Shown here one piece after another: positions 32,275 to 42,942 of a stretch of DNA of 64,000 nt. Made by a program: the position numbers and the translations under genes. Each line of letters begins with the position of its first letter. Within the stretch, counting starts at the first letter, position 1. The DNA is from Hyaloraphidium curvatum SAG 235-1 (Eukaryota; Fungi; Monoblepharomycota), in assembly GCA_025558095.1 (NCBI GenBank), contig JAIVFI010000041.1, forward strand, positions 1 through 64,000. Direction: 5' to 3'. The notes beneath the pieces are model-generated. The model made no database searches. It was given only the letters and a program-made list of their open reading frames with translations, and had not been told where the DNA came from.

Positions 32275-33484
32275 ATGGAGGCCGACGTCGATGCGGAACC
32301 AGCTGCGCCCGCCGGGACCGACCCTCCGCCACTCGAACTGCTCGCACTCCCCGCCGAACTCCTCGGCTCCATCGCGGGCTGGCTGCTTCTGAAGCCCCGT
32401 TCGGGCCTCCTCCCCTTCATTCTCACATGCAAAACTGCGTACGACCTCGCTCTGCCGCACCTGCTCGCCGCTTTGTCGTTCGGCTTCCAGTTGCGCCGGC
32501 TGCCCCCGTTCGCCGCCGGCTACCTGCGCTCCGACGAATCGCGGGACAAGCTGTGTCACGTTAGGTCGATCAATTCCCTGGATCCGACGGTCTCCGTCTG
32601 CCTGGAAGTCCTGCAAGGGGCGCGCCATCTCAGGTCGCTCGTCGTCGAAATCGGGGACACGCCCCGTTCCCCGGCCGACCGGGCGGTGGCTTCGCAGTTC
32701 TGGGCCTCCCTCTCGGGTCTTGACACCTTGGAGCACCTCGCGATCAGAAGCGAGTCCGAGCGCGTCTCCGAGAGGTTCTGGAGACCGCCGCCGGGAACCA
32801 TTTTCCGCCCACCGTCGCCACGGTGGACCTGGATCTGCGGTGCGAAGAAATCGGCCCGGGCGCGATGGCAATCCTGGCGTCGCTGCTGGCGACGGCAGCG
32901 GGGCTCAGGAGCTGTCCGGGCCCCCCCGACGCCGCCTTCGTGCTCAACCTGGCTCCCTTCCGCGCGGTCGCCGCCAGCTTGCGTGGTTCAAGTCGTCGCC
33001 GGAGCTTTTGCCGGCCGCTTTCGCCCCGTTTCCGGAGCATCGCCTGGCCCTGCGCCGGGTCGAACTGAGGGACGCTTTCAACGAAGACAGGCAGACGGAG
33101 CAGGAGTCGGTGCACGTCTTTGCCGCGGCGTGGGAACTGCTCCGAGGAAAAGAGGACATGGATCTCCTGCGCCTGGGTGGCTTCCCCCCCGTCCTGTTCT
33201 CGCGCGGCATCCCGCGGGTAAAGGTGCTGCAGCTCGTGGACCCCTTGCCGCCCCGCCTCGAGGACATCTCGGCGCTGCGCGCGGCGCTCCAAGACGGGCG
33301 CGTGAAGCGACTCCAGGTCGTCGTCTTTGGCCTGGACGGGAGACCCGCGGAAGCTGCCCGCGCGTGGAAGCCGATCGAGGGGGCCTTTGTGGCATGGGAA
33401 GCCCGGCAGGTCGATGTCCTCCTCCCTTGCTTTTGGGAAGACCATCCGCTCACGCGGGGGTGTACCTGCGCCAACTGTTCGTAG
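32275..33484 (+). pseudogene. F-box/LRR-like gene broken by two frameshifts (about 32810 and 32982)
   Basis: F-box-like LLALPAELLGSIAGWL. LRR-like coding continues through frames 1, 3 and 2 with no convincing introns. Confidence 0.55.
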
Positions 33485-33705
33485 CACTCGTGGTTTGGCT
33501 CGCGAATGCCTGATCCGCGCCCCCGCACATACCAAGGGAGGCGCAGCCTTCCCAATTCGCGAAAATGTCGTCCCTGCGGACATCAACTAGAGGTTGTCAC
33601 AGTCGCCGCTCGTTCGCGTACACTGGAACAGCGCACCCGAGGTTGCGGCAGCGGCAAACCTTTGAACTGTCTCCCCTGTACCGAGCCAACCATCTGCGCC
33701 CAAGA

Positions 33706-35163
33706 ATGTCGTCCGAAAAGCCCGTGGTCCAAACCTCCTCTGGCCCGGTGCGCGGCACGCGTGAGAACGGCTCGATCGCCTTCCACGGCGTGCCTTTCGC
33801 GGCTGCCCCCCTCGGCCCCCTCCGGTTCGCCGCCCCGCATCCCCCCGAGAAATGGACGGACGTGCGGGACTGCACCGCCCCCGGGCCGAGCGCGCCGCAG
33901 AACGCGTCGCGTCTGGACGCGGTGATGGGCATCGCGCAGTTTGCGCGGTCGGAGGACTGCCTGCACGTCTCCCTCTGGACGCCCGCCGCGGACCGGAACA
34001 AGCGGCCCGTGCTCGTGTGGCTGCACGGCGGGGCGTACATGTCGGGCGGCGCCAACCAGCCGTTCTACAACGGCGCGCGGCTGGCGGCCTCGGAGGACCT
34101 CGTGGTCGTGGGGGTCAACTACCGCCTGGGCGCCGTCGGCTGGCTGCTCGTGGAGGGTGCCCCCGCACCCGCGAACCGCGGCCTGCTCGACCAGATCGCC
34201 GCGCTGCGGTGGGTGAGGGACAACGTCGCCGCGTTCGGGGGCGATCCGGACAACGTGACGGTCGCGGGCCAGTCCGCCGGCGCCGGGTCGCTGCTGGCGC
34301 TCATGGTCAGCCCCGAGGCGCAGGGGCTCTTCCACAAGGGCATCTCGCAGAGCGGACCCGGGGCGAACCTCACCCTGGAGGAGGGACGGAACGTCGCCAG
34401 TACCTTCTTCGAAAAGGCCGGCCTGAAGGAGGGCGATCTGGACGCGCTGGCCTCGCTGGACATCTCCGCCATGCTGTCCGCGCAGGGCGCCGTTGTCGCC
34501 GACTACGCCGCCCGCGGGATCCGCGCCATTCCCTGGCAGCCCGTTGTCGCCCCTCCCTCCATCCCGGTGATGCCCGTCTCGGCCGTATCCGCGGGCGCCC
34601 TCCCGGAGATGCTGCTCATCTTCGGCTGGACGCACGACGAGTTCCGCGCATGGCACGCGCAGGATCCCCGCCTCGTCTCCGCCGCCTCGCTCGACGCGCT
34701 GAAGGAGCACCCGATCGGCCGGGGGCTGCCCTCCGCAGCGTGGGACGGGCTCGCGAAGCGGCTGGCCTCCGACCCTTCCATGAAGCCCTGGGAAGCGCTT
34801 TCGGGGATGATGACCGACGCGGTGTTCGGCGCCGCCGCGGTGGGCCCGGCGGACGCCCGCGCGGCGGCCGGCTGCGAAACGTGGGTGTACCGGTGGGATT
34901 GGCATCCGGGGACGGCGTGGAAAGCGTGCCACTGCATCGAGCTGCCGCTGGTGTTCGGCAACCTGGACGGGTGGCCGGCGTCGCCGATGATGGAGGGGGC
35001 GGATCGCGATGAGGTGGAGCGGGTGGCGAAGGCGGTGAGGGGCGCGTGGGGCTCGTTCGCGAGGGAGGGGAGGCCGGTGGTGGATGGGGGCCCGGAGTGG
35101 CCGGCGAGGGGGGAGAGGAAGGCGGTGTTGGTGTTTGGGAAGAAAGTGGAGCTGGAGGGGTGA
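33706..35163 (+). CDS. Type-B carboxylesterase (PnbA-like), intronless
   Basis: GVPFAAAPLGPLRF, SEDCL, WLHGGAY, NYRLG, GQSAG nucleophile motif, catalytic E (HDEF) and H (ACHCIEL). Confidence 0.92.
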   Translation: MSSEKPVVQTSSGPVRGTRENGSIAFHGVPFAAAPLGPLRFAAPHPPEKWTDVRDCTAPGPSAPQNASRLDAVMGIAQFARSEDCLHVSLWTPAADRNKRPVLVWLHGGAYMSGGANQPFYNGARLAASEDLVVVGVNYRLGAVGWLLVEGAPAPANRGLLDQIAALRWVRDNVAAFGGDPDNVTVAGQSAGAGSLLALMVSPEAQGLFHKGISQSGPGANLTLEEGRNVASTFFEKAGLKEGDLDALASLDISAMLSAQGAVVADYAARGIRAIPWQPVVAPPSIPVMPVSAVSAGALPEMLLIFGWTHDEFRAWHAQDPRLVSAASLDALKEHPIGRGLPSAAWDGLAKRLASDPSMKPWEALSGMMTDAVFGAAAVGPADARAAAGCETWVYRWDWHPGTAWKACHCIELPLVFGNLDGWPASPMMEGADRDEVERVAKAVRGAWGSFAREGRPVVDGGPEWPARGERKAVLVFGKKVELEG

Positions 35164-35405
35164 AAGGGGCAGGTCGGCCGGGAATGTAGGATTGGTAGGG
35201 CGGAGGCGTCAGAGGTCATTCCAGCGGCAAGCATCCGTTTATTGAGGTACCTTGTTGATCTTTACGACCCCGCCATTCTGAATGCCGTAGATGACGACCG
35301 CACGTGCCAAGCCGCCGAGTGCGCTGTGCAAGAGCTGTGCGGGGTCCGCCCACGACCGCCACCCAGCAAGCCTCCCCCGTTTGCCCCGCCTTCCACACGG
35401 CCATA

Positions 35406-36027
35406 ATGTCGGCGACCGAGCACGTCCGAGTCGGAGGTGACCCATTTCCCGCGCCGCCCGCCCGCGCTCCCCTGACGCCGCCGCCCCGCCGCGGACGCCT
35501 GGCCCCACCCCGGAAGGAATCCGTGGGTGCCCGCACGCCCGTCGCACCGGCGCGGGCTGACGCCTCCCGCAGTGGTCATGGGCCTGGGCGCCGGGCTGGT
35601 TTTCGCGCCGGCCGCGGTCGACGGCGTGTTTTCCAAGGCCGTCGGCGCTCTGGGTGCGGTAATGTCTCCCGCGCGGATCCGCATCCCCCGGGCCGGCTGA
35701 CGCGGCGCAGACCTGGCAGAACCTCGGGGGCGAGCCGCAGAACCAGGTCTGGGGCTGCGTGCTCACCGCTTTGGGCCTCATCTGTGGGGCCGCCCCTGCG
35801 CCGCCCCCGGGCCGCGCCTGCTGACCGGCCCGACCGCAGACTACCACGCCGGCGCCAGCCGCAACGAGGCCTTCGTGAAAACCTTCGTGGTGGCCAAGGC
35901 GTCGGTCGTCGCACTGCTCGCGGCGCAGTACCTGCGCGGCAAGGTTCCCCTGGGGAGCCTGCTGGGGGTCGGCGGGTTCGACGGCGTGTCGGGGCTGCTG
36001 GCCGCGAGGGCTGCTGGTATGATCTGA
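35406..36027 (+). CDS. Small ~4-TM membrane protein, 5 exons including a 6-nt microexon
   Basis: MSATEHVRVGG|IL|VMGLGAGLVFAP...|...VWGCVLTALGLI|YYHAGASRNEAFVKTFVVAK...GFDGVSGLLAARAAGMI. Four introns, each with a CTGAC branch point. Confidence 0.6.
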
Positions 36028-36453
36028 GGGGCTCGAAGATGATGTTTTCGTGGTTGATGTAGGCGCACTTTGCTGTCTCGATGCGTGATGAGCATCCCGG
36101 TGGGCGTCTTGGTCGCGGGCCATGCTCCTGCACTTGCAAAGACATCAGTTTGCCTCTGGAAAAACTGCCTGTGCCCGGCGCCGCCAGAGTCCCGATCTCG
36201 ATTTCGTTTCATTCGTCGTTCTCCTCCTGAACCACCAGCGCCGGTGCAGCCTGTCCGCAATACCTCCGATTATCCGACTGGGGTGGCGACCGCGATCCCG
36301 GAATGGAACCCCTTCCGGCCCGCCGCGGTTTTCCCGCCCGCACCTACCTTCCCACCCTCCCAACGATTTAAGGCGCGGCGAAAGCGAGCATTCCGCTCCA
36401 CCTGCGTCATCGTCCCCGCCGCCCCCCCCCCGTACAGGACGCGCCCGCCCGCG

Positions 36454-37083
36454 ATGCCCAAAGTCATCGCGCTCGACATCCAAGCCCGGTCGGGCGGCTG
36501 GCTCCGCGCCCCCCGAGGCTCCCTCGTCACAATCACCGATACCCACGGCTCCCAAATCGCCGACATGTTCGCCGTCTCCGCCGCCGACTTTTCCGAGCAC
36601 CTCGGCGCGGCGCACACCCGCGGCGCCACGCGGAAGCTCTTCCCCCGCGTGGGAGACGCGTTCTTCAGCACAAAGTACCGCCCCATGCTCAGCTTCGTGG
36701 CGGACACGTCGCCGGGGGTGCACGACATGCTGTGGCGCGCGTGTGACGCGGAGCTGTACGGCCTGGCCGGGTGGAAGGGGCCGGGGGAGCACACGAGCTG
36801 CAATGCCAACTTCCGAAAGGCGGCCGGGGAGTGCGGCTGGGTGCCGGAAGAGGTGCCCGACCCGGTGGATTGGTTTCAAAACACCCCGTTCGGCGCGGAC
36901 GGGCTGATGACCGCCGGGAGGGGCCCCAGCAGGCCCGGGGACAAGGTGGTGCTGCGCGCCGAGATGGACCTGATCGTGATCGTGTCGGCGTGCTCGTGGG
37001 ACATGGGGGATTCCAAGATCAACGGGGACGAGCTGACGGGGGTCAGGCTGGAGGTGGAGGAGCCCGAGACGGCGGAGCTCTGA
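36454..37083 (+). CDS. Urea carboxylase-associated family protein (DUF1989), intronless
   Basis: ITDTHGSQIADMFA, DTSPGVHDMLWRACD, HTSCNANF, VPDPVDWFQN, SRPGDKVVLRAEMDLIVIVSAC. Confidence 0.88.
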   Translation: MPKVIALDIQARSGGWLRAPRGSLVTITDTHGSQIADMFAVSAADFSEHLGAAHTRGATRKLFPRVGDAFFSTKYRPMLSFVADTSPGVHDMLWRACDAELYGLAGWKGPGEHTSCNANFRKAAGECGWVPEEVPDPVDWFQNTPFGADGLMTAGRGPSRPGDKVVLRAEMDLIVIVSACSWDMGDSKINGDELTGVRLEVEEPETAEL

Positions 37084-37161
37084 AACGAAGCATGCCCGCC
37101 AGCTGCGTGCAGCTCGTGTCGATGGCGCGTCGGCCATGACAAGGGTGTAGATCGAGGCGAA

Positions 37162-37193
37162 AGAGAGAGAGAGGAGAGGGAGAGGGAGAGAGA
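37162..37193. repeat. Imperfect (GA)n microsatellite
   Basis: agagagagagaggagagggagagggagagaga. Confidence 0.7.
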
Positions 37194-37652
37194 ATATTAA
37201 AGCCGTCCTTTCCAGGACTCAAGTGTTGAATACGGCCGATCCCTGCTGCGTGGCGCCGTCGAATCGTTGATGAGCTGCCTCTTCGTAGGGCAGCATCGTC
37301 AGGACAGAGAAGACGAGGCTCCGACGATCAAGGTGGAGTGACGAGTTTCTCCATCTGCTCGTCGCTTCCGCCCCACAGACACTCCAGTCGCGCACGCGCA
37401 TAGGAAGGCTCAAAATCTGCGACCAGCTCGCATACCGTTGAAGGAAGTGCAGCGAATATGCCGCCGGTCGCTCTTCTAATAGATAGCACCGGAGGAAACA
37501 AGCTCTGATCTTTCGTGCCGTCCATTTGGAAGCTTTGGTCTCTAATCTATCTCGTGCCGTTCGTATGGAGCGAAAGCAACGTTTGAGCTAAAGCCTGGTG
37601 CGAAGACCGATTCCGCGTTCCGGTGCCTTTCTTGGCTCATCGGATTCCCCCC

Positions 37653-39236
37653 TCACCCCGACCTGCACACCGTGTCCATGGTCACCACCACCCCGAACCC
37701 CCTCAGTATGCTCCACAGGCCAAACGCCAACGTGAATACGGTCACGAACAGCGTCCTCACGAGGCCGTAGTCCACCCCGAACCCCAGGATCCGCGCGCGC
37801 AGCCTGTCGGCCTCGATGTACGACGACAGGACGAGGTCGTGCCCGCGCAGGGCGGCCAAAGCGGTGGCGTTGCGGGAAAGGCGGGCGGGGAGGGCGAGTT
37901 CGCGGAGCTCCCGCTGCGCGTCGCGGTACAGGTCCACGGCGTCGGCGATCTGCGAGTTGTGCGCGGCCATGTTGACCAGGTCGAGGAAGAGGGAGAGGAA
38001 GAGGTAGCCGATCTGCAAGGGGATGAAGGCCGGGACGCAGCCGCCCGAGACCATGTAGGCGGTCGCCCAGACGGCGAGGGCGAGGAGGTACTGGATCAGC
38101 GTGGAGATGGGGAAGTTGAGGTTTGCGGGGGGGGATTTCCAGCTCGCGGCGAGGCCGGCGTGGAGGTCATTGTAGGCCTCCTGCCTGGCCGCCTCGACGT
38201 CTTCCGCCTCTGCGATCCCCGGTCCGGCTTCGGCCTCCGGTGGCGAGGGCCCGACCCCCTGCCCCGCCGCGACCATCTCGCCGCACTTTGCCAGAAGCTC
38301 CCCCAGCGCCTCCCTGACCGCGCGGCTGCGCACGCGGCGGTAAAGCTGCTCCAGCGGCGCGTTGGTGCTCACCGAGGGGATCACCTCGAGGTCGACCCCC
38401 ACGGCGGCGGCCATCGCCAGCCCCGCCATCGCCGCGCTCCACCAATTGGCCCACGTGTCCCCGGCAAAGGTGACAAGCACGGTGTACTGGAACGAGAACT
38501 GCGAGGCCATGCACCACGCGAAGCGGGTGGCGATCTCGGCCAGGCGGATCCAGCCGGCCGAGGAGAGCAGGGAGCCGGCGCAGGCGGGGTCGGGGCACGG
38601 GCACGCGGGGTCATCGGGGTCGTGCTGCAGCAGGCGCAGGGTCCTTCGGGGCGCGGAGAGGGTGGCCTCCTCCAGCGCCACCTCGTCCGTCCCTGATCCG
38701 CCCGACGCCGCCGATTTGAGCGTGCCTTCGCCCCATGCGGCCTCGACGAGCTGCAGCCACCGCACGGCGCCGCTGTAGAACACGCCGTAGAAGGACGCGG
38801 TCGGCTCGGCGCGGCCCCACGACGCGAGCGGGAACACGGCCTGCGAGAGGAACGCGAAGCCGACGATGGCGGTGCCGACTGCCAGCTGCGGCGTGGCGAA
38901 TGTGCCGTCGTTGAAGACCGGCACGAGGAACGCGCACGCGCCGCCGAGGATGCCCAGCGCGGCGTAGCGGGGTGCCTGCAGCGGGCGCAGGAAGTCGAGG
39001 CCGAACTGCAGCCGCGTCACGAGGTGCAGCGACGGCACCGGCCGCATCGCGCGCTCCATCGCCGCGGCAGAGAGCGGGTCCGCCGCGCGCACCGCCGCCG
39101 CGGGGTCCACGGGGCGGGGCACGCCGGGCAGCGGCGACAGCGGCGGCGGCGCCGCGGGGAAAACGGCCACCCATTCCTCGGGCGTGAAGAGGCGCTGCCA
39201 CGCCGCGGCCGGCGCGTCGGGGGGCGATTCGTCCAT
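37653..39236 (-). CDS. Multi-pass membrane protein of an expanded family (GR/7TMIC-like C-terminus), intact copy
   Basis: About 7 hydrophobic segments, an HDPDDPACPCPDPAC loop, and C-terminal RARILGFGVDYGLVRTLFVTVFTLAFGLWSILRG. Paralogs at 49568 and 63614. Confidence 0.75.
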   Translation of the reverse strand: MDESPPDAPAAAWQRLFTPEEWVAVFPAAPPPLSPLPGVPRPVDPAAAVRAADPLSAAAMERAMRPVPSLHLVTRLQFGLDFLRPLQAPRYAALGILGGACAFLVPVFNDGTFATPQLAVGTAIVGFAFLSQAVFPLASWGRAEPTASFYGVFYSGAVRWLQLVEAAWGEGTLKSAASGGSGTDEVALEEATLSAPRRTLRLLQHDPDDPACPCPDPACAGSLLSSAGWIRLAEIATRFAWCMASQFSFQYTVLVTFAGDTWANWWSAAMAGLAMAAAVGVDLEVIPSVSTNAPLEQLYRRVRSRAVREALGELLAKCGEMVAAGQGVGPSPPEAEAGPGIAEAEDVEAARQEAYNDLHAGLAASWKSPPANLNFPISTLIQYLLALAVWATAYMVSGGCVPAFIPLQIGYLFLSLFLDLVNMAAHNSQIADAVDLYRDAQRELRELALPARLSRNATALAALRGHDLVLSSYIEADRLRARILGFGVDYGLVRTLFVTVFTLAFGLWSILRGFGVVVTMDTVCRSG

Positions 39237-39989
39237 CGTGCGGGGGCGGTGCGCTGCTTGGCGATCGGCGGGTCAATGGCGGGTGACGTTGCGCCGAGTT
39301 CCGCCAGGGAGACACACGGTTTCCTGCCCGAGCCTTGCCCGAGGCGTCCAAGGAGCCTTTAAAACAGACCCTCAGCACCCATGGATGTCGGCGCGGGTCG
39401 ATTCCCGATCCCGAATCCGCCGCAGGAGGATTATGGCCTGCCGCTGGGTTGCTCGCGTGTGCTTGTGGGGACATGTACTAGAGGTCGCCCGTGGATCCCA
39501 TGCTTCCGTCCCAATCGCCTATCCTACGAACATTGAAAGCTGGTGCAAACCCTGAGCGCCGTCATTGCGCGGACTTTGGTCTTCCGGCCTCCGTGCCGCC
39601 CGCACCTGGGGCAACTGATGTCCTCCTTTCTGGGCACCGAGAGTCAGGATCGAAGGTACTGAACTGGAATTCGACTCATCCATCTTGAGTGTTGAGTGCT
39701 GAGTGCGCGGCCGACGGCGATGCCAGGGCGGGTGCTCGCGATGCGCGGACCCAATTGGGCATCAAGGCAAGCAGAGGATAGACCACTTTGCGAGCGCAGT
39801 GAGCGGGACGAGCGGAGGTCGCATGCTATCTGAAGTCCCGAGAGAGATCTGAGGTCGGCTGCAGGGATCGCGATTTGGTTTTCGGGCCCTCGAAAACGTT
39901 CGGCAGAACGTTCGTTGGAAGCTCGGGGCGGCACAGCCCCGACGCGTGAACCTCGCAGCTCGACCCCGCGACGCCACTCCCTGCCCGCG

Positions 39990-41658
39990 ATGCTGTCGTC
40001 TCCCACGCCGGTCTACATCTGCTCCGCGGCGGTCGCGCTCGCGGCGGCGGCGGGCGGCCCCCTGGCGTGGGCGGCCGCATCGGCGGCCGTCGCGTGGGTC
40101 GCGGCGCTGCGCTTCGCCAACGGCCGCTGGGCGCCCCGCGCGCCGCACGAGCCGCCCGTCGTCGCCGGCTGGATCCCGTTCCTCGGCGTCGGCCTCGACT
40201 TCCGCGCGCGCGGGGAGGCGTTCCTCGAGGAGGTAAAGAGGGAGCACGGCGACGTGTTTGCGCTCTACATGGGCGGCAGGCGGATGGTGTTCGCCAGGTC
40301 GCCCGACGTGCTGTTTGCCGTGATCAAGGACCGCGCGCACTGGTCGTTCGAGGAGATCAAGGAGGAGTTTTCCGAGAAGCTCGGCATGCCCACGGACGTC
40401 CCCGGCTACCGGGCCTATCAGGTTGGCTCGCGTCGCTCTGGCTCCCGTAGATCAAACTCACGTGCTTGTGCACAAGGCCGACGACTGGAGAATCACGACA
40501 AAGTGGCTGCTCAACGACGCCGCGGCCATGACGGAGCGCTACATACCGCGGGCCATGGCGCGGATCCAGGCCGAGCTCGCCGGCGACTCCACCGTGGTGA
40601 ACCTGTTCGACTTCACCGGGCGCGTCGTCTTCCACGGCGCCGCGGACGCGCTCTTCAGCTCCAAGATCCCCATCGGCGGCGACAAGACGGACGAGAACGT
40701 GAAGCGGCTCATGCTCCTCGACGCCGCGCTGCCCATGATCTTTGCCGGGATGCCGGACTTTCTGCTCCCCAAGGGCGCCCCCAAGGCCCGCGACGAGCTG
40801 TACGCGCTGCTCAGCCCCAAGGAGATCACAGAACACTGGACCGACACCATCGACGGCTTCCCCGGCGTCTGCAAGGACGGCCCCTCGGCGGTCGCCGACA
40901 ACGCTTCCACCCCGATCGAGCTCGCGAGCCCCTTCCAGGCCGCGCGCACACTGAACACGCTCAAGCACGGGCTGCACCGCCGCGCCGGCAACAAGACGTT
41001 CGGCATGAACGACACCCTGATGCTGTTTGCGTCGCAGGTCAACACCGCTCCGACGCTGTACTGGACCGTGCTCCACATCCTCCGCGGCAAGGCCGCCGGC
41101 ACGGGATGGTACCCCGCCGTGCTCGCCGAGGCCGAGGCCGCGCTTGCCGGCGGGTCCTTCGACGTCTCGTCGCCCACCCCCGTGCTGGACGCCTGCATCT
41201 CCGAGGCCATGCGGCTCACCATCTCCGTCTACATGTTCCGCATCGCCGTCGCCGACTCCGGGTCCCCCGACGGCCTCGTTGCGGTCCCCGGCACCCGCTT
41301 CTCCATCCCCGCCGGCACCCACCTCTGCATGAACCCGCGCGCCTCGCTCCACGTCAACCCGGACCTCTACGCCTCCGACGCCTCCCCCGTGCACGCCTTC
41401 GACCCCATGCGGCACATCCTCGCCGGCGAGAAAGCCACCGCGCGCAGGCTGATGCCCTTCGGCGCGGGGCACAGCATGTGCCCCGGGCGGCGGTTCGCGG
41501 CCAACGAGGTGCGCGCGGCCGCGGCGGCGCTGCTGGCGGGGTGGGAGGGGGAGCTGCTCGCGGGGGGCGGGGACGGGATCAGCCAGGCCAAGGCGGGGAT
41601 GGGGGTGATGTGGCCAGAGAGGCCGGCGGAGGTGCGGTTCGTGAGGAGGAAGAAGTGA
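39990..41658 (+). CDS. Cytochrome P450 (CYP7/8-like); intron 40422-40476
   Basis: N-terminal TM, EPPVVAGWIPFLG, I-helix ASQVNT, EAMR (ExxR), heme motif PFGAGHSMCPGRRFA. Confidence 0.93.
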
Positions 41659-42238
41659 GGGCGGGATGGGGAGAGCTGCGGATCGGACGTTGGGCGCCAG
41701 TCGCCGTTGGATGGCGAAGCATTGGATTCGGACAATGGAGCAGGACGTCGCAAAGTGAAGAAATCTCCCCCGAACAATAAGCCGGACGGGCCGCCGTTGC
41801 CGGCCCGCGGGCGCGGTTGCGCAGGCCCGCCACTCATCTGGGCCCCCGGCGGTGGGGGGTTGCGTGAGGCGCCGGCGGTGACGTTCCTCTCGCGTCCTCT
41901 CAGCCTCTCTCCCGGCTGGCCAGCGCGGTCGGGCCCAGGGGCGATGATCGCCCGGTGCGCCAAGGCGGCAGGCTCGAACGAAGTTGAGGCGCGCCGATCT
42001 GGCGCGGCCAAGTCTACTGCTCCGACGTGCCGCACCCAAGTGCCCGCACGTTTCATCCCGTACGCTCCTGCGCATCCGCGTCTATCCCGGCGCGAGTGGA
42101 CTGAGCGAACCCTCGTCGGGCTCGGGTTAGCAGGTGGAGGCCTTGCAGCCCCAGCCTCCTGCCTCCCCGATCCCCGACATCTCTGTGATCGCACTGCTTT
42201 CGAGGCCCGATGCTTTTCCATGCCCCCCCGCCCTACTC

Positions 42239-42721
42239 TTACGAAACCCCGCGGCTCCTCAGCGCCTCCAGCACCCCCACCAGCGCAAACGTCGGCCTCA
42301 GCGCCTCCACCCCCCTCCTGTCCAGCGCCGCGCGGCACACCGGGCACGCCGGGCTGCGCGCGACGGCGGCGACCGCGCAGACCCTGCAGAACGTGTGCCC
42401 GCAGTGCAGCGTGACGGGGAGCGAGAGCAGGCCCATGCACACGGGGCACGAAAGGTGCTCCGCCAGGGCGTCGGCGGCGGGGTCGCTTGTGCCGGGCGAG
42501 GGCGTGCCCCGGGCGGCCTGCACGTGCGCGCGGAAGGGCCGCCCGCGGCACGCGCCGCAGTACCCCGCCCAGCGCGGCGCGGTGCGGGTGAACCCGACGC
42601 CGTCGCGGAACTCGTCGTACAGCCCGTCGGCGGGCTCGGGGCGGCGGTCCGTGCAGCCGCAGCACCGCGGGACGAAGAGCAGCTCGCAGGAATGGCCGCA
42701 GCGCTTGGTGTGGGAAGGCAT
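42239..42721 (-). CDS. RING-HC (C3HC4) protein with an N-terminal Cys-rich domain
   Basis: CPVC...LHCGHTFCRVC...CPVC. The N-terminus reads CGHSC..PRCCGC...YCGAC. Confidence 0.8.
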   Translation of the reverse strand: MPSHTKRCGHSCELLFVPRCCGCTDRRPEPADGLYDEFRDGVGFTRTAPRWAGYCGACRGRPFRAHVQAARGTPSPGTSDPAADALAEHLSCPVCMGLLSLPVTLHCGHTFCRVCAVAAVARSPACPVCRAALDRRGVEALRPTFALVGVLEALRSRGVS

Positions 42722-42942
42722 CGCGCTGGTCCGGTTGGAGTTGTGGCACGGTCGAGTGACGGGCGGGCTCACGCGGTTGAGACCGATCGTGACTGGCTGA
42801 CTGGCTCTCAATCGATCGTGACTGGAGCTGCGCTTCTCTTGGACCGACATTTCGTCCGTGGCATTCCATCGGTTCTAATGCCATCGCCAAGTCACAAAGA
42901 ACGTAACCTAGGCGCCTGCCGCGTCCCCGTCAACTGGCCGCG

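Noticed and set aside
37200-37560. Lower-GC segment with a short TGA-terminated ORF as a second selenoprotein
   Set aside because: No redox-motif context, no selenoprotein similarity and no SECIS-like structure seen nearby.
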